Under the pieces are notes generated by a model. That model had not been told where the DNA came from. It saw only the letters and a list, made by a program, of their open reading frames with translations, and did no database searches. The translations under genes and the position numbers were made by a program. From Asticcacaulis sp. (GTDB taxonomy: Bacteria; Pseudomonadota; Alphaproteobacteria; Caulobacterales; Caulobacteraceae), in NCBI GenBank assembly GCA_035565015.1, contig DATMTF010000061.1:1-36288 (forward strand): 36,288 nt of DNA. The letters run 5' to 3'. How positions within the stretch are numbered: the stretch's first letter is position 1; every line of letters starts with the position of its first letter. This document shows, in pieces, positions 9,003-17,082 of this stretch.

Positions 9003-10121
9003 TTAGAGTTTATAGCTGAGCGCAAGCCAGGTTTTGCGGCGCGAAGCGGGGGCGAGGGGGGAGGCGCTGGCGTCGAAATCGGCGTACTTGGCCAGCAGGG
9101 ATATGTGCTTGGTGAGCGCGATCGTGGCGACCGCGTCCCATTCGTGACCGAGGCCGACGCCGAGACGCGCCGTTGAAAGGTCGTGATAGATCAGGGTCAG
9201 CGCGCTCTTGTGCGGCAGGTTGAGCGTGGCGGCGTAGTTCAGATCGTCGAGACCGTTTACCGTGGTCTTATTGCCGCCCGTGCCGGAAAAGGCGTCGGCG
9301 AAACCCTCAAAGGCATGCACCGTGCCGAGCGGGGTGACGAAGCCGACCTTGCCGTCGCCGCCGAGGCTTTCATAATTGATCTTGAAGCTGGTGATCTTGT
9401 AGCTTGCCGCGACCTCCAGCATGCTTTCCTGCAAGTCGAAATCCGCCGGATTGTTGCGATAGTCGCTCTGATGGGCGTACTGGCCGGTCAGATTGACTTT
9501 GACATTGGCCAGATTGAAGCCGCCTGTAGCGCGCGCGCCGAGCGTCAGGGTCGAGGACGCCGCCGCATTGGAGAAGTCGAGCGCATAGTCAAAGGCGGTC
9601 AGCTTGACGCCGTGCAGCAGATAGCTGGCGTTCAGGAGGTAGCTGTCGCTGTCCCAGTCCTTTTCTTCGCCAAGCACACGGTTGATCTTCGTCAGATACG
9701 CCGCCGTCAGGGCGAATTTGCCGTTTTTCAAATCGTAACGCACGGCGTCGAAGGTCTGTTCGTCCTGCCGCCAGCCGACATTGCCGACGAAGCGCGCATC
9801 GTCGAGGATCAGGCGCTGACGTCCGATGGTCAGGCTGGAGTGGCTGTCCGGCGTCCAGGTGACCTGAGCGCGGTTCAGTTCGGTGACCTGCGGGTCCGGC
9901 TCGGTGGGGTAGGCGGTCTTGCCGTTCAGGCCGGAATTATAGTCCTGCACGAGCGCGGTGACGTTCTCGAATTCGATCAGGCCGGAAAACTGGCCCTGCT
10001 GACTTTGAACGCCGAAACGGTTGCGCCAGGTCAGGGCGTCGGCGTCAGTTGCGAAACCGGCCTGCTCGACATGGGCATAGCGCAGATTGGAATCGAGGAT
10101 GGGTGTGATGTCCGCAAACAC
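9003..10121 (-). CDS. Alginate-export (AlgE-like) outer-membrane beta-barrel, apparently without a signal peptide
   Basis: GRQRLILDDARFVGNVGWRQDEQTFDA motif, amphipathic strands and a barrel-type C-terminus TWLALSYKL. The only plausible start downstream of the attenuator is GTG 10121, with AAGGA 9 nt upstream. Confidence 0.8.
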   Translation of the reverse strand: MFADITPILDSNLRYAHVEQAGFATDADALTWRNRFGVQSQQGQFSGLIEFENVTALVQDYNSGLNGKTAYPTEPDPQVTELNRAQVTWTPDSHSSLTIGRQRLILDDARFVGNVGWRQDEQTFDAVRYDLKNGKFALTAAYLTKINRVLGEEKDWDSDSYLLNASYLLHGVKLTAFDYALDFSNAAASSTLTLGARATGGFNLANVKVNLTGQYAHQSDYRNNPADFDLQESMLEVAASYKITSFKINYESLGGDGKVGFVTPLGTVHAFEGFADAFSGTGGNKTTVNGLDDLNYAATLNLPHKSALTLIYHDLSTARLGVGLGHEWDAVATIALTKHISLLAKYADFDASASPLAPASRRKTWLALSYKL

Positions 10122-10144
10122 GGGGGAGCGTCCTTTTCGGGCAT

Positions 10145-10277
10145 AAAAAAGACGCCTCAAGCCTGACCTGTCCCGCATGGGGTTCAGTCTGTCCTGAGAC
10201 GTCATTGTCGGATGTGAAGGCCGCCTGCGCCAGCTTTGGCGCGAAGAGCGGCTTAAATAGCGATCTTCGTTGACCGC
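10145..10277 (-). promoter_or_regulatory. ANTAR leader with three hairpins plus terminator, upstream of porin-narK
   Basis: GCGGTC-AACGAA-GATCGC (10260-10277), GCGCC-AAAGCT-GGCGC (10227-10242) and GAC-AATGAC-GTC (10198-10209). The last overlaps the terminator GACGTCTCAGG...CTTGAGGCGTC-TTTTTT. Confidence 0.85.
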
Positions 10278-10287
10278 ATGGGCTGAG

Positions 10288-10315
10288 ACTGTGGGCGACG
10301 GGGGCGCGTCGTCAA
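10288..10315 (-). promoter_or_regulatory. Putative sigma70 promoter for porin-narK
   Basis: TTGACG-N16-CACAGT, immediately upstream of the first ANTAR hairpin. Confidence 0.45.
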
Positions 10316-10452
10316 TAAGGACTTTTCGTCATGTTGCTCTGCACAATTTTTCTGTGGCGAAAACGTCACAAAATGACGGGCGAAAGCGTAGAAACCCCAT
10401 TGAAACAGCTAAGACGCGAGATGCGCCATTCCGTTTCATATGAAACGTTATA

Positions 10453-11595
10453 TTACCCGCAGCGGAAGACGCCGCCGTCGAACAGGGCGTTCGGCGGCAT
10501 GACAATATCGGCGGGCTGCGCTGGCAAGAGCCAGTCCGAGCCTTGCCCGCCCTCGTCCTTCTCATCGGCCAGCGGCAAGGCCAGACCCAGACTACCCGCC
10601 GCCGCGCGCCACAGGTCGGGCTGATAGATCCGCCGCGCCAAAGCGTCGAAATCGTGTTCCGGCGACAGCCAGCCCCAGCGCACCATCTGGCCGAGGAACC
10701 ATTTGGCGTGGCTGATCCATGGAAAGGTCGCGGTCTGCGGATCGAGGACAAGGCCTGCGCCGTCGTCCGCCATCGCCGCAGCAATCGCCTCGGCGGGGGC
10801 GCCGACATAGGCCTTGCGCGCCAATATGCGGATCAGGTCGTCGCGGTGCGCCGGATCGTGCGCCCACATCGCCGCGCGCAGCAGGGCGCGCACCAGGGCG
10901 ACCACCCCGTCCGGGTTGGCTTCCGCCCAGCCCGCGCGCACGCCCAACACCTTTTCTGGCTTCAGCGTCCAGAAGTCCGGGTCGGAAAACAGAACCTCGC
11001 CGTCCCCGTTCAGCTCCGCCGTCTGCGGCCAGGGCGAGCCGGAGCAGAAGCCGTCGATCAGCCCGTCGCGCACCATGTCAGCCATGCGCGACGGCGGCGC
11101 GACCACCCACTGCACCTGACGCTCAGGATCGAGGCCCGCCGCCGCGACCCAGTGGCGCAGCACGAAATGGTGCGGCGAAAAGGTGAAGGGCACAGCGAAG
11201 ACCAGCCGTCCTGCGCCCGCATAGCGCCGCGCGGCGACCTCGCGCGCCAGAAGCTTCGCGCTGCCGCGCAAGGATTTCGGCGCTTCGCCGTCCTCTTCCA
11301 GAGCGCGTTTCAGCGCCGCCGACACCAGCACCGAATTGCCGCCCGCCCCCAGCGCCATCGGCGCGATGATGCGGCCCATGGACGGGCCCTGTCCCAGCGC
11401 CGCCGCGAAGGGCATGGGGGCCAGGATATGCGCGGCGTCGATCAGGCCATAGGCCAGCTTGTCGCGGATGTTCGACCAGTTGGCTTCGCGCGACAGGGTG
11501 ACGCTCAAACCTTCGCTGTCGTAAAAACCGAGCGCCTCGGCGACCAGAATCAGCGCCGCGTCATTGAGCGGATTATAGGCGAGGGTCAGGTTCAT
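10453..11595 (-). CDS. nasS: Cytoplasmic nitrate sensor, NrtA/CmpA-like fold
   Basis: LSREANWSNIRDKL, IDAAHILAP, IDGFCSGSPW and PEKVLG motifs. No signal peptide; overlaps the nasT stop by 4 nt. Confidence 0.88.
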   Translation of the reverse strand: MNLTLAYNPLNDAALILVAEALGFYDSEGLSVTLSREANWSNIRDKLAYGLIDAAHILAPMPFAAALGQGPSMGRIIAPMALGAGGNSVLVSAALKRALEEDGEAPKSLRGSAKLLAREVAARRYAGAGRLVFAVPFTFSPHHFVLRHWVAAAGLDPERQVQWVVAPPSRMADMVRDGLIDGFCSGSPWPQTAELNGDGEVLFSDPDFWTLKPEKVLGVRAGWAEANPDGVVALVRALLRAAMWAHDPAHRDDLIRILARKAYVGAPAEAIAAAMADDGAGLVLDPQTATFPWISHAKWFLGQMVRWGWLSPEHDFDALARRIYQPDLWRAAAGSLGLALPLADEKDEGGQGSDWLLPAQPADIVMPPNALFDGGVFRCG

Positions 11596-12182
11596 AACGC
11601 GCTTCCCGGTTTCAGTAGGTCGCTGACGGCCAGAATATCGGCGGCGACGGCCTGCATGGGCCGGCCGGTGTCCATAGCGTGCTTGCGCAGGAGTTTATAG
11701 GCTTCGTCCTCGCTGAGATTGCGCGAATTCATCAGAACGCCCTTGGCGCGGTCGATGGTCTTGCGCGCGGCGAGGTCGGCGCGCGCCTTGTCGAGATCGC
11801 GGCGCATGCCCTGCATGACCTGAAAACGCGAGGCGGCGACGCTGAGAATCGAGGCGATGCGCGCCGGATTGAAGCCGTCCACTATGTAGCCGACCACGCC
11901 CGCCTCCAGCGCCCTGGCCGTGGCGTTGGCGTCGGAGCGGTCCACGAACATGACCACGGGGCGCGGCGCGGCGTCATTGGCCAGTTGCAGCGCCTCCAGC
12001 ATGTCGCGGTCCGGGCTTTCGCAGGCGATGATCACCATGTCGGGATCGAAATCGCGCAACATGCGCAGCTCAAAACGCCCGGACAGGCGGATCAGCGTGT
12101 CCGGCCCGCCATATTCGGCGCGGATGCCGTCCGCCACCAGCGTCGCGCGCGTCTCGTCGGGGTCAATGACCAGAACCTTCAT
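11592..12182 (-). CDS. nasT: ANTAR-domain transcription antiterminator
   Basis: Receiver-like N-terminus (the expected phospho-Asp appears replaced, IIACESPDRD) and ANTAR domain RKTIDRAKGVLM...EDEAYKLLRKHAM. Confidence 0.92.
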   Translation of the reverse strand: MKVLVIDPDETRATLVADGIRAEYGGPDTLIRLSGRFELRMLRDFDPDMVIIACESPDRDMLEALQLANDAAPRPVVMFVDRSDANATARALEAGVVGYIVDGFNPARIASILSVAASRFQVMQGMRRDLDKARADLAARKTIDRAKGVLMNSRNLSEDEAYKLLRKHAMDTGRPMQAVAADILAVSDLLKPGSAL

Positions 12183-12202
12183 CTGTCGGTCGATCGTCCA
12201 AT

Positions 12203-12258
12203 AAAAAAGCCGCTTTCCCCGCCTGTGACAGCACAGACGAAGAAAGGCGGCGTTGCCT
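12203..12258 (-). promoter_or_regulatory. Attenuator in the nasT leader (ANTAR hairpin plus terminator)
   Basis: AGGC-AACGCC-GCCT (12245-12258) overlaps a long stem GCCGCCTTTCTTCGTCTGTG/CACAGGCGGGGAAAGCGGC followed by U6. Candidate promoter TTGCCA-N17-CATGCT at 12302-12330. Confidence 0.75.
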
Positions 12259-12347
12259 CTGGCGGGCCAACCCGGCCATCGAGCCGCCCGTTTAAGCTCT
12301 TAGCATGTGCAAAATCCGCGCATTTGGCAAGCGTCCTTATGCCGGAT

Positions 12348-12890
12348 TCAGCTTATCGGACGTTTGGCCAGTTTGCGCGCCAGGGTGCGGCGATGCAGGC
12401 CGAGGCGACGCGCCGTCTCGGAGATGTTGTAATCGGTTTCGGCCAGCACTTCGTTGATGCGCTCCCATTCGAGGTTTTTCAGCGAGGTCGGTCTGGCGGC
12501 GATCTCGACATCGGCGACGCCCTCGCTGCGCCCGAAGGCGGCCAGAATGTCCCCGGCATTGGCGGGCTTGGCCAGATAGTGGCAGGCGCCCAGCTTAACC
12601 GCTTCGACGGCGGTGGTGATGCTGGCGTAACCGGTCAGGACAACGATGCGCATGTCCGGATCAAGCGCCGCCAGTCCCTTGACGCATTCCAGCCCCGACG
12701 CTCCCCCCATACGCAAATCGACCACGGCGGCCTGCGGGCGCAAGCCCGGCGCGGTTCTGAGCGCCGCCTCGGTCGAATGTTCGATATGGGCGACATAGCC
12801 GCGGCGTATGAGCGAACGCGCCAGCGCCGCAGCCAGATCGGCATTGTCATCGACGATCAGTAGGGTTTCGATCACGCCAATCTTCCTCAC
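12348..12890 (-). CDS. regA: RegA/PrrA/ActR-family response regulator
   Basis: Receiver VVDLRM, LTGYASITTAVEAVKLGA and Fis-type HTH NISETARRLGLHRRTLARKL. The symbol denotes the family; orthology is not shown. Confidence 0.88.
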   Translation of the reverse strand: MRKIGVIETLLIVDDNADLAAALARSLIRRGYVAHIEHSTEAALRTAPGLRPQAAVVDLRMGGASGLECVKGLAALDPDMRIVVLTGYASITTAVEAVKLGACHYLAKPANAGDILAAFGRSEGVADVEIAARPTSLKNLEWERINEVLAETDYNISETARRLGLHRRTLARKLAKRPIS

Positions 12891-14197
12891 GCCTGTATCC
12901 TTAAACTATTCACCGGCAGGATCAGCGCGACCTCGGCGCCGCGCGCCAGATTGCGCGCCTCAAGCCGCCCGCCCAAGGCGCGGGCCGTATTGGCGGCTAA
13001 GAACAAGCCCAGCCCGCGCGGCGCATCGCCGGTCTTGGTGGTGAGGTAAGGCTGGCCGACCGCGGCCAGAATGTCGGGCGCGAAGCCGGGGCCGTGGTCG
13101 GACACGACAAGATTCAGCGCCTCGCCCTGAGTATATCCGTGCAATCGCAGCCCGCCTGATGACGCCTCCGCCGCGTTGTCGAGCAGATTGACGAGAGCCT
13201 GTTCCAGCGCCTTGTCGGCGGCGATTTGCACCGCGTCGAGCCGGATGTCCAGATCGAACGGCGTATCGGGATGACGTCCGCGCCAGGCTTCGGCGACGCC
13301 CGCGACAAAGGCGTCAAGCGCTGTCTTTTGCGCCCCTTCGCCGCGCGTCTGGCCCGACGTGGCCAGAATATCGGAAATGATCGCCTTGCAACGTCCGATC
13401 TGGGCTTGCAGCGCCGCAATATCGGCCTCGCGCTCAACCCCTTCGGGCGCGCCCAGATCCTGCCAGTCCTTGAGGATGACCGAGGCCGTGGTCAAAGGCG
13501 TGCCCAGCTCGTGCGCGGCGCCCGCCGTCAGCAGGCCCAGACGCGACAAATGCTCCTGCTCCTGGCGTTGCGCCTTCAAATCCGCCACCTCCTGATCGCG
13601 CAGGCGTAAATTGGCCCGTATGCGCGCGATCAGGAACACCAGCGCCCCGGCGCAAACGGCGTAACCCAGCATCATGCCGTTCATATGCAGGGCGGACATA
13701 TCGACCATAGGCGCGTCCTTGCGCACCGCATCATCGGCCATATCCATGATCATCGGCGTCGTTTGGAGCGCGGCGGCGATAGCGAGCGCCGCATAACAGA
13801 TTAGGGTCAGACCATAGAGCAGCCAGGCGCGCAGGGGCGACAGCATCACCGCCCCCAGAATCACCGGCAGCATGAAAAACGACACGAATGGGTTGGAGGT
13901 CGCCCCGCTCAGGTCGAGCAGCACGGCCAGAACCAGCACATCGACGACCAGACCCGCGAACAGGTCGAGATCATGCACCGGCTTTGGCTGACGCAGCCGC
14001 CACACCGACCACAGGTTAAACACGATCAGCAGCGCGGCGGCGGCCAGCATGAGCCCAAAGGGCAGCACAATGCCAAGGCCATAGACGGCGACGGCGATCA
14101 GGCCGACCTGTACGCAGAAGGCCATGCCGCGCAGCGCCAGCAGGATGCGCAGGTTTTTGCGGTTGGCGGCGTCTTCGATACTCTGATAGGAGGTCAT
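12887..14197 (-). CDS. regB: RegB/PrrB/ActS-family sensor histidine kinase
   Basis: About six TM segments, SGATSNPF (variant of GGxxNPF), H-box AAHELGTPL, Cys in QIGRCKAII, and N/G boxes NLLDNA, DHGPGF, GLGLFL. The symbol denotes the family. Confidence 0.88.
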   Translation of the reverse strand: MTSYQSIEDAANRKNLRILLALRGMAFCVQVGLIAVAVYGLGIVLPFGLMLAAAALLIVFNLWSVWRLRQPKPVHDLDLFAGLVVDVLVLAVLLDLSGATSNPFVSFFMLPVILGAVMLSPLRAWLLYGLTLICYAALAIAAALQTTPMIMDMADDAVRKDAPMVDMSALHMNGMMLGYAVCAGALVFLIARIRANLRLRDQEVADLKAQRQEQEHLSRLGLLTAGAAHELGTPLTTASVILKDWQDLGAPEGVEREADIAALQAQIGRCKAIISDILATSGQTRGEGAQKTALDAFVAGVAEAWRGRHPDTPFDLDIRLDAVQIAADKALEQALVNLLDNAAEASSGGLRLHGYTQGEALNLVVSDHGPGFAPDILAAVGQPYLTTKTGDAPRGLGLFLAANTARALGGRLEARNLARGAEVALILPVNSLRIQA

Positions 14198-14223
14198 ACC
14201 GACGCCCCCGATCGGAGTTGACT

Positions 14224-14769
14224 ATGCGTAAATCCCTGAAGCGACGCGATATTCTGGTCGCCGCCGCCGCCTTGCTGGCGACGCCCGCCTTCGCCGAACC
14301 GCGTCAGGGCCGCCCCGCGCCCGACTTTCGCGCCGTCACGCTGGATGGGCGACGCCTTAGCCTGTCGTCTCTGCGCGGCAAGGTGGTTTTGCTGAACTTC
14401 TGGGCAAGCTGGTGCGGTCCTTGCCGGGGCGAAATGCCCGCGCTCGACGCTTTTTACAAGGCGCGCCGCGGGCGCGGCCTTGAGATCGTCGCCATCAGCC
14501 AGGACGCGCCCGCTCAGGATGCGACGGTGCGCGCACTGGCGCAAAACCTGTCCTTCCCCGTCGCGCTGGAGCGCAACGCCGCCTATGGCGGCTATGGCGA
14601 TATCTACGCCCTGCCGACCAGCTTCGTCATCGACCGTTCGGGCGTATTGCGGCTGGACGGCGCGCGCCATCCGGTCATTTTCGATGTCTATAAGCTCGAT
14701 CAGGTGATTTCGCCCCTGTTGTCGCTGCCCGTCAGCCCGGTCGCCAAAGCCTTGCCGGATGTTCTATAG
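14224..14769 (+). CDS. TlpA/ResA-like thioredoxin with twin-arginine signal
   Basis: GKVVLLNFWASWCGPCRGEMP and LPTSFVID motifs; signal MRKSLKRRDILVAAAALLATPAFA; GGAG 6 nt before ATG 14224. Confidence 0.9.
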   Translation: MRKSLKRRDILVAAAALLATPAFAEPRQGRPAPDFRAVTLDGRRLSLSSLRGKVVLLNFWASWCGPCRGEMPALDAFYKARRGRGLEIVAISQDAPAQDATVRALAQNLSFPVALERNAAYGGYGDIYALPTSFVIDRSGVLRLDGARHPVIFDVYKLDQVISPLLSLPVSPVAKALPDVL

Positions 14770-14790
14770 CGCAGAAGCGCGCGCCGCGCC

Positions 14791-14805
14791 TGGACACTTT
14801 GTCCA
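14791..14805. promoter_or_regulatory. Dyad TGGACA-N3-TGTCCA, candidate RegA-family site
   Basis: Perfect 6-3-6 inverted repeat, 23 nt upstream of a TATATT -10-like box (14828-14833) in front of the TBDT start. Confidence 0.5.
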
Positions 14806-14843
14806 ATAGGGCGCAAATCCATCCCATTATATTAGCGCGGCCT

Positions 14844-17048
14844 ATGTCACAGGTTCGCAAATTTTCGCTCCTTATCGCCGCCGCCCTTCTGCCTTTGTGC
14901 GCGCACGCCGAAACCGCCACGGAGGTGGTGGTCAAGGGCGAGCGCAAGGCCCCCGATGTCCCAACCACGACCGAAGGCGTCACCGCCGAAGCCCTGGCCA
15001 GGGCGGTCAATATCGTCACGCCCGAAGACACGCTGCGCTATGTGCCGAACGTGCTGATCCGCCAACGCCATATCGGCGACACGCAATCGCCGATCACCAC
15101 GCGCACCTCCGGCGTCGGCGGCTCCGCCCGCAGCCTGATCTATGTTGACGGCATTCTGATCTCGGCCCTGATCGGCAACAACAACACCTCGGCCTCGCCG
15201 AAATGGGGGCTGATCACGCCGGACGCTGTGGCGCGCGTCGATGTGCTGTACGGTCCCTATTCCGCCGCCTATGCGGGCAACAGCCTGGGCAGCGTCATCC
15301 TCTTTCAGACCCGCATGCCGACGAAGCTGGAAGGCGGGATCGACGTGCAGGCCGCCGTGCAGGACTTCAAAAAATACGGCGACAAGGCCAGCTACGCCAC
15401 AGGCCGGATCGCAGCGGACATCGGCGACCGCAAAGGACGACTGGCCTGGCGGCTCAGTCTCAACCACCTCGATACGCACAGCCAGCCCCTGACCTATATC
15501 ACCACCACGGGCGCCGCGCCCGCCGGTTCGACCGGCGGGTTCGACGCCCTGAACCGCACCGGCGCGGCCATCAAGGTGCTGGGCGCGGGCGGACTTGAGC
15601 ATCAGGTTCAGGACAACGCCTCCGGGCGCGTCACCTACGATCTGACGCCGACCCTGACCGCCGCCTATATGTTCGGCCTGTTCCTCAATGACGATCAGGC
15701 GCATGCGAACACCTACCTGAAAGACGCCAGCGGCGCGCCGGTCTATACACCGGCCTTCTCCAACGGCGTCTATCGTCTGAAAGAAACCCAACTGGCGCAG
15801 GGCCTGTCCCTGACCTCGCATACGGGCGGCGTCTTCGACTACAGCCTGACCATGTCGGTCTTCAACTATCTGAAAGGCCATCAGCGTACGCCGACAGCCT
15901 CCTTGCCTGCAGCCTGGGACGGCGGGGCGGGGACGGACGCCGTGCTGAACGGCACGGGCTGGAACACGCTCGATGCGCAAGGCGTCTGGCGTCCCGCCGG
16001 ACCGCATCAGGTCAGTTTCGGCCTGCATCAGGACAGCTTCAGGCTCGACAATCCGAAATACAAGGTCGCCGACTGGCGCGGCGATGACGACGGCGCTCTG
16101 ATCAGCGCCAGTCGCGGCCAGACCCGGACGCAGGCGATCTGGGCGCAGGACATGATGACGCTTGGGCCGCGCACCCGCCTGACGGCAGGACTGCGGCTCG
16201 AACGCTGGCGCGCCTTCGACGGCGAAAACTATTCCGCTTCGCCTGCACTCGCTGTGCAACAGCCGGAGTTGAAACGCGACGCCGTGTCGCCGAAACTGGT
16301 TCTGGCCTTCAATCCGCAGCCCGACTGGACATTAAAGGCGTCCGTAGGCGCCGCCTCGCGCTTCCCGACCGTGACCGAACTTTATCAGGCGGTGACGACC
16401 GGCGCCGTCCTCAGCGTCCCCAATCCGGCCTTGCGTCCCGAACAGGCGGTGTCCTCCGAACTGTCGGCGCAGAAGATCTGGCCGGACGCTTCCTTGCGCG
16501 TTTCGGTCTTTCACGAAGAGATCAAGGACGCCCTGCTGTCGCAAAGCGCGCCGCTCGTGGCGGGTTCCTCTACCCTTTATAATTACGTCCAGAATATCGA
16601 CCGCACGCGCGGCAGCGGCGTCGAACTTGTCGGCGATAAAAGCGATTTTCTCATTCGTAACCTGCAAATCTCCGGCTGGCTGACCTATGCCGAGGTCAGG
16701 ATCGACAAGGATACGGCCTTTGCCGCCGCCGTGGGCAAGGATATTCCGCAACTGCCGCGTTTGCGCGGCGCGCTGGTCCTGACGTGGGAACCGACCCCGA
16801 AGTGGGATATAACCGTGGCGGCGCGCTATTCCGACCCGTCCTACGGAACCATCGACAACAGCGACCATGTCCACGACGCCTATACCGGCTTTGACGGCTT
16901 CACCGTCATCGACCTGCATGCGCGCTATCGGCTCAACGCCCGCTGGAGCGCCGATCTGGGCGTCAACAATCTGAACAATCAGGCGTTTTTCCTCTATCAC
17001 CCCTTCCCTCAACGCACGGCGATTCTCGATCTGAAATATCGATTGTGA
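14844..17048 (+). CDS. TonB-dependent receptor (734 aa), possibly for a metal substrate
   Basis: Sec signal ending AHA, TonB box TEVVVKG, plug RVDVLYGPYSAAY, NPALRPE and C-terminal GVNNLNN...LKYRL. Confidence 0.92.
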   Translation: MSQVRKFSLLIAAALLPLCAHAETATEVVVKGERKAPDVPTTTEGVTAEALARAVNIVTPEDTLRYVPNVLIRQRHIGDTQSPITTRTSGVGGSARSLIYVDGILISALIGNNNTSASPKWGLITPDAVARVDVLYGPYSAAYAGNSLGSVILFQTRMPTKLEGGIDVQAAVQDFKKYGDKASYATGRIAADIGDRKGRLAWRLSLNHLDTHSQPLTYITTTGAAPAGSTGGFDALNRTGAAIKVLGAGGLEHQVQDNASGRVTYDLTPTLTAAYMFGLFLNDDQAHANTYLKDASGAPVYTPAFSNGVYRLKETQLAQGLSLTSHTGGVFDYSLTMSVFNYLKGHQRTPTASLPAAWDGGAGTDAVLNGTGWNTLDAQGVWRPAGPHQVSFGLHQDSFRLDNPKYKVADWRGDDDGALISASRGQTRTQAIWAQDMMTLGPRTRLTAGLRLERWRAFDGENYSASPALAVQQPELKRDAVSPKLVLAFNPQPDWTLKASVGAASRFPTVTELYQAVTTGAVLSVPNPALRPEQAVSSELSAQKIWPDASLRVSVFHEEIKDALLSQSAPLVAGSSTLYNYVQNIDRTRGSGVELVGDKSDFLIRNLQISGWLTYAEVRIDKDTAFAAAVGKDIPQLPRLRGALVLTWEPTPKWDITVAARYSDPSYGTIDNSDHVHDAYTGFDGFTVIDLHARYRLNARWSADLGVNNLNNQAFFLYHPFPQRTAILDLKYRL

Positions 17049-17082
17049 CCGGTGCGCCTTTGCGCTGATCGTAAAAATGACG

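Noticed and set aside
10122-10205. LRRLF in the porin's upstream frame as a Tat signal
   Set aside because: There is no hydrophobic h-region, and the codons are simply the terminator stem and U-tract.
10340-10356. TGCACAATTTTTCTGTG as an NtrC site
   Set aside because: Only one half-site matches and no sigma54 promoter was found nearby.
14241-14261. GCGAC/GCGAT...GTCGC as a RegA box inside tlpA
   Set aside because: Spacing is off, and such GC-rich pentamers are frequent by chance in this coding DNA.
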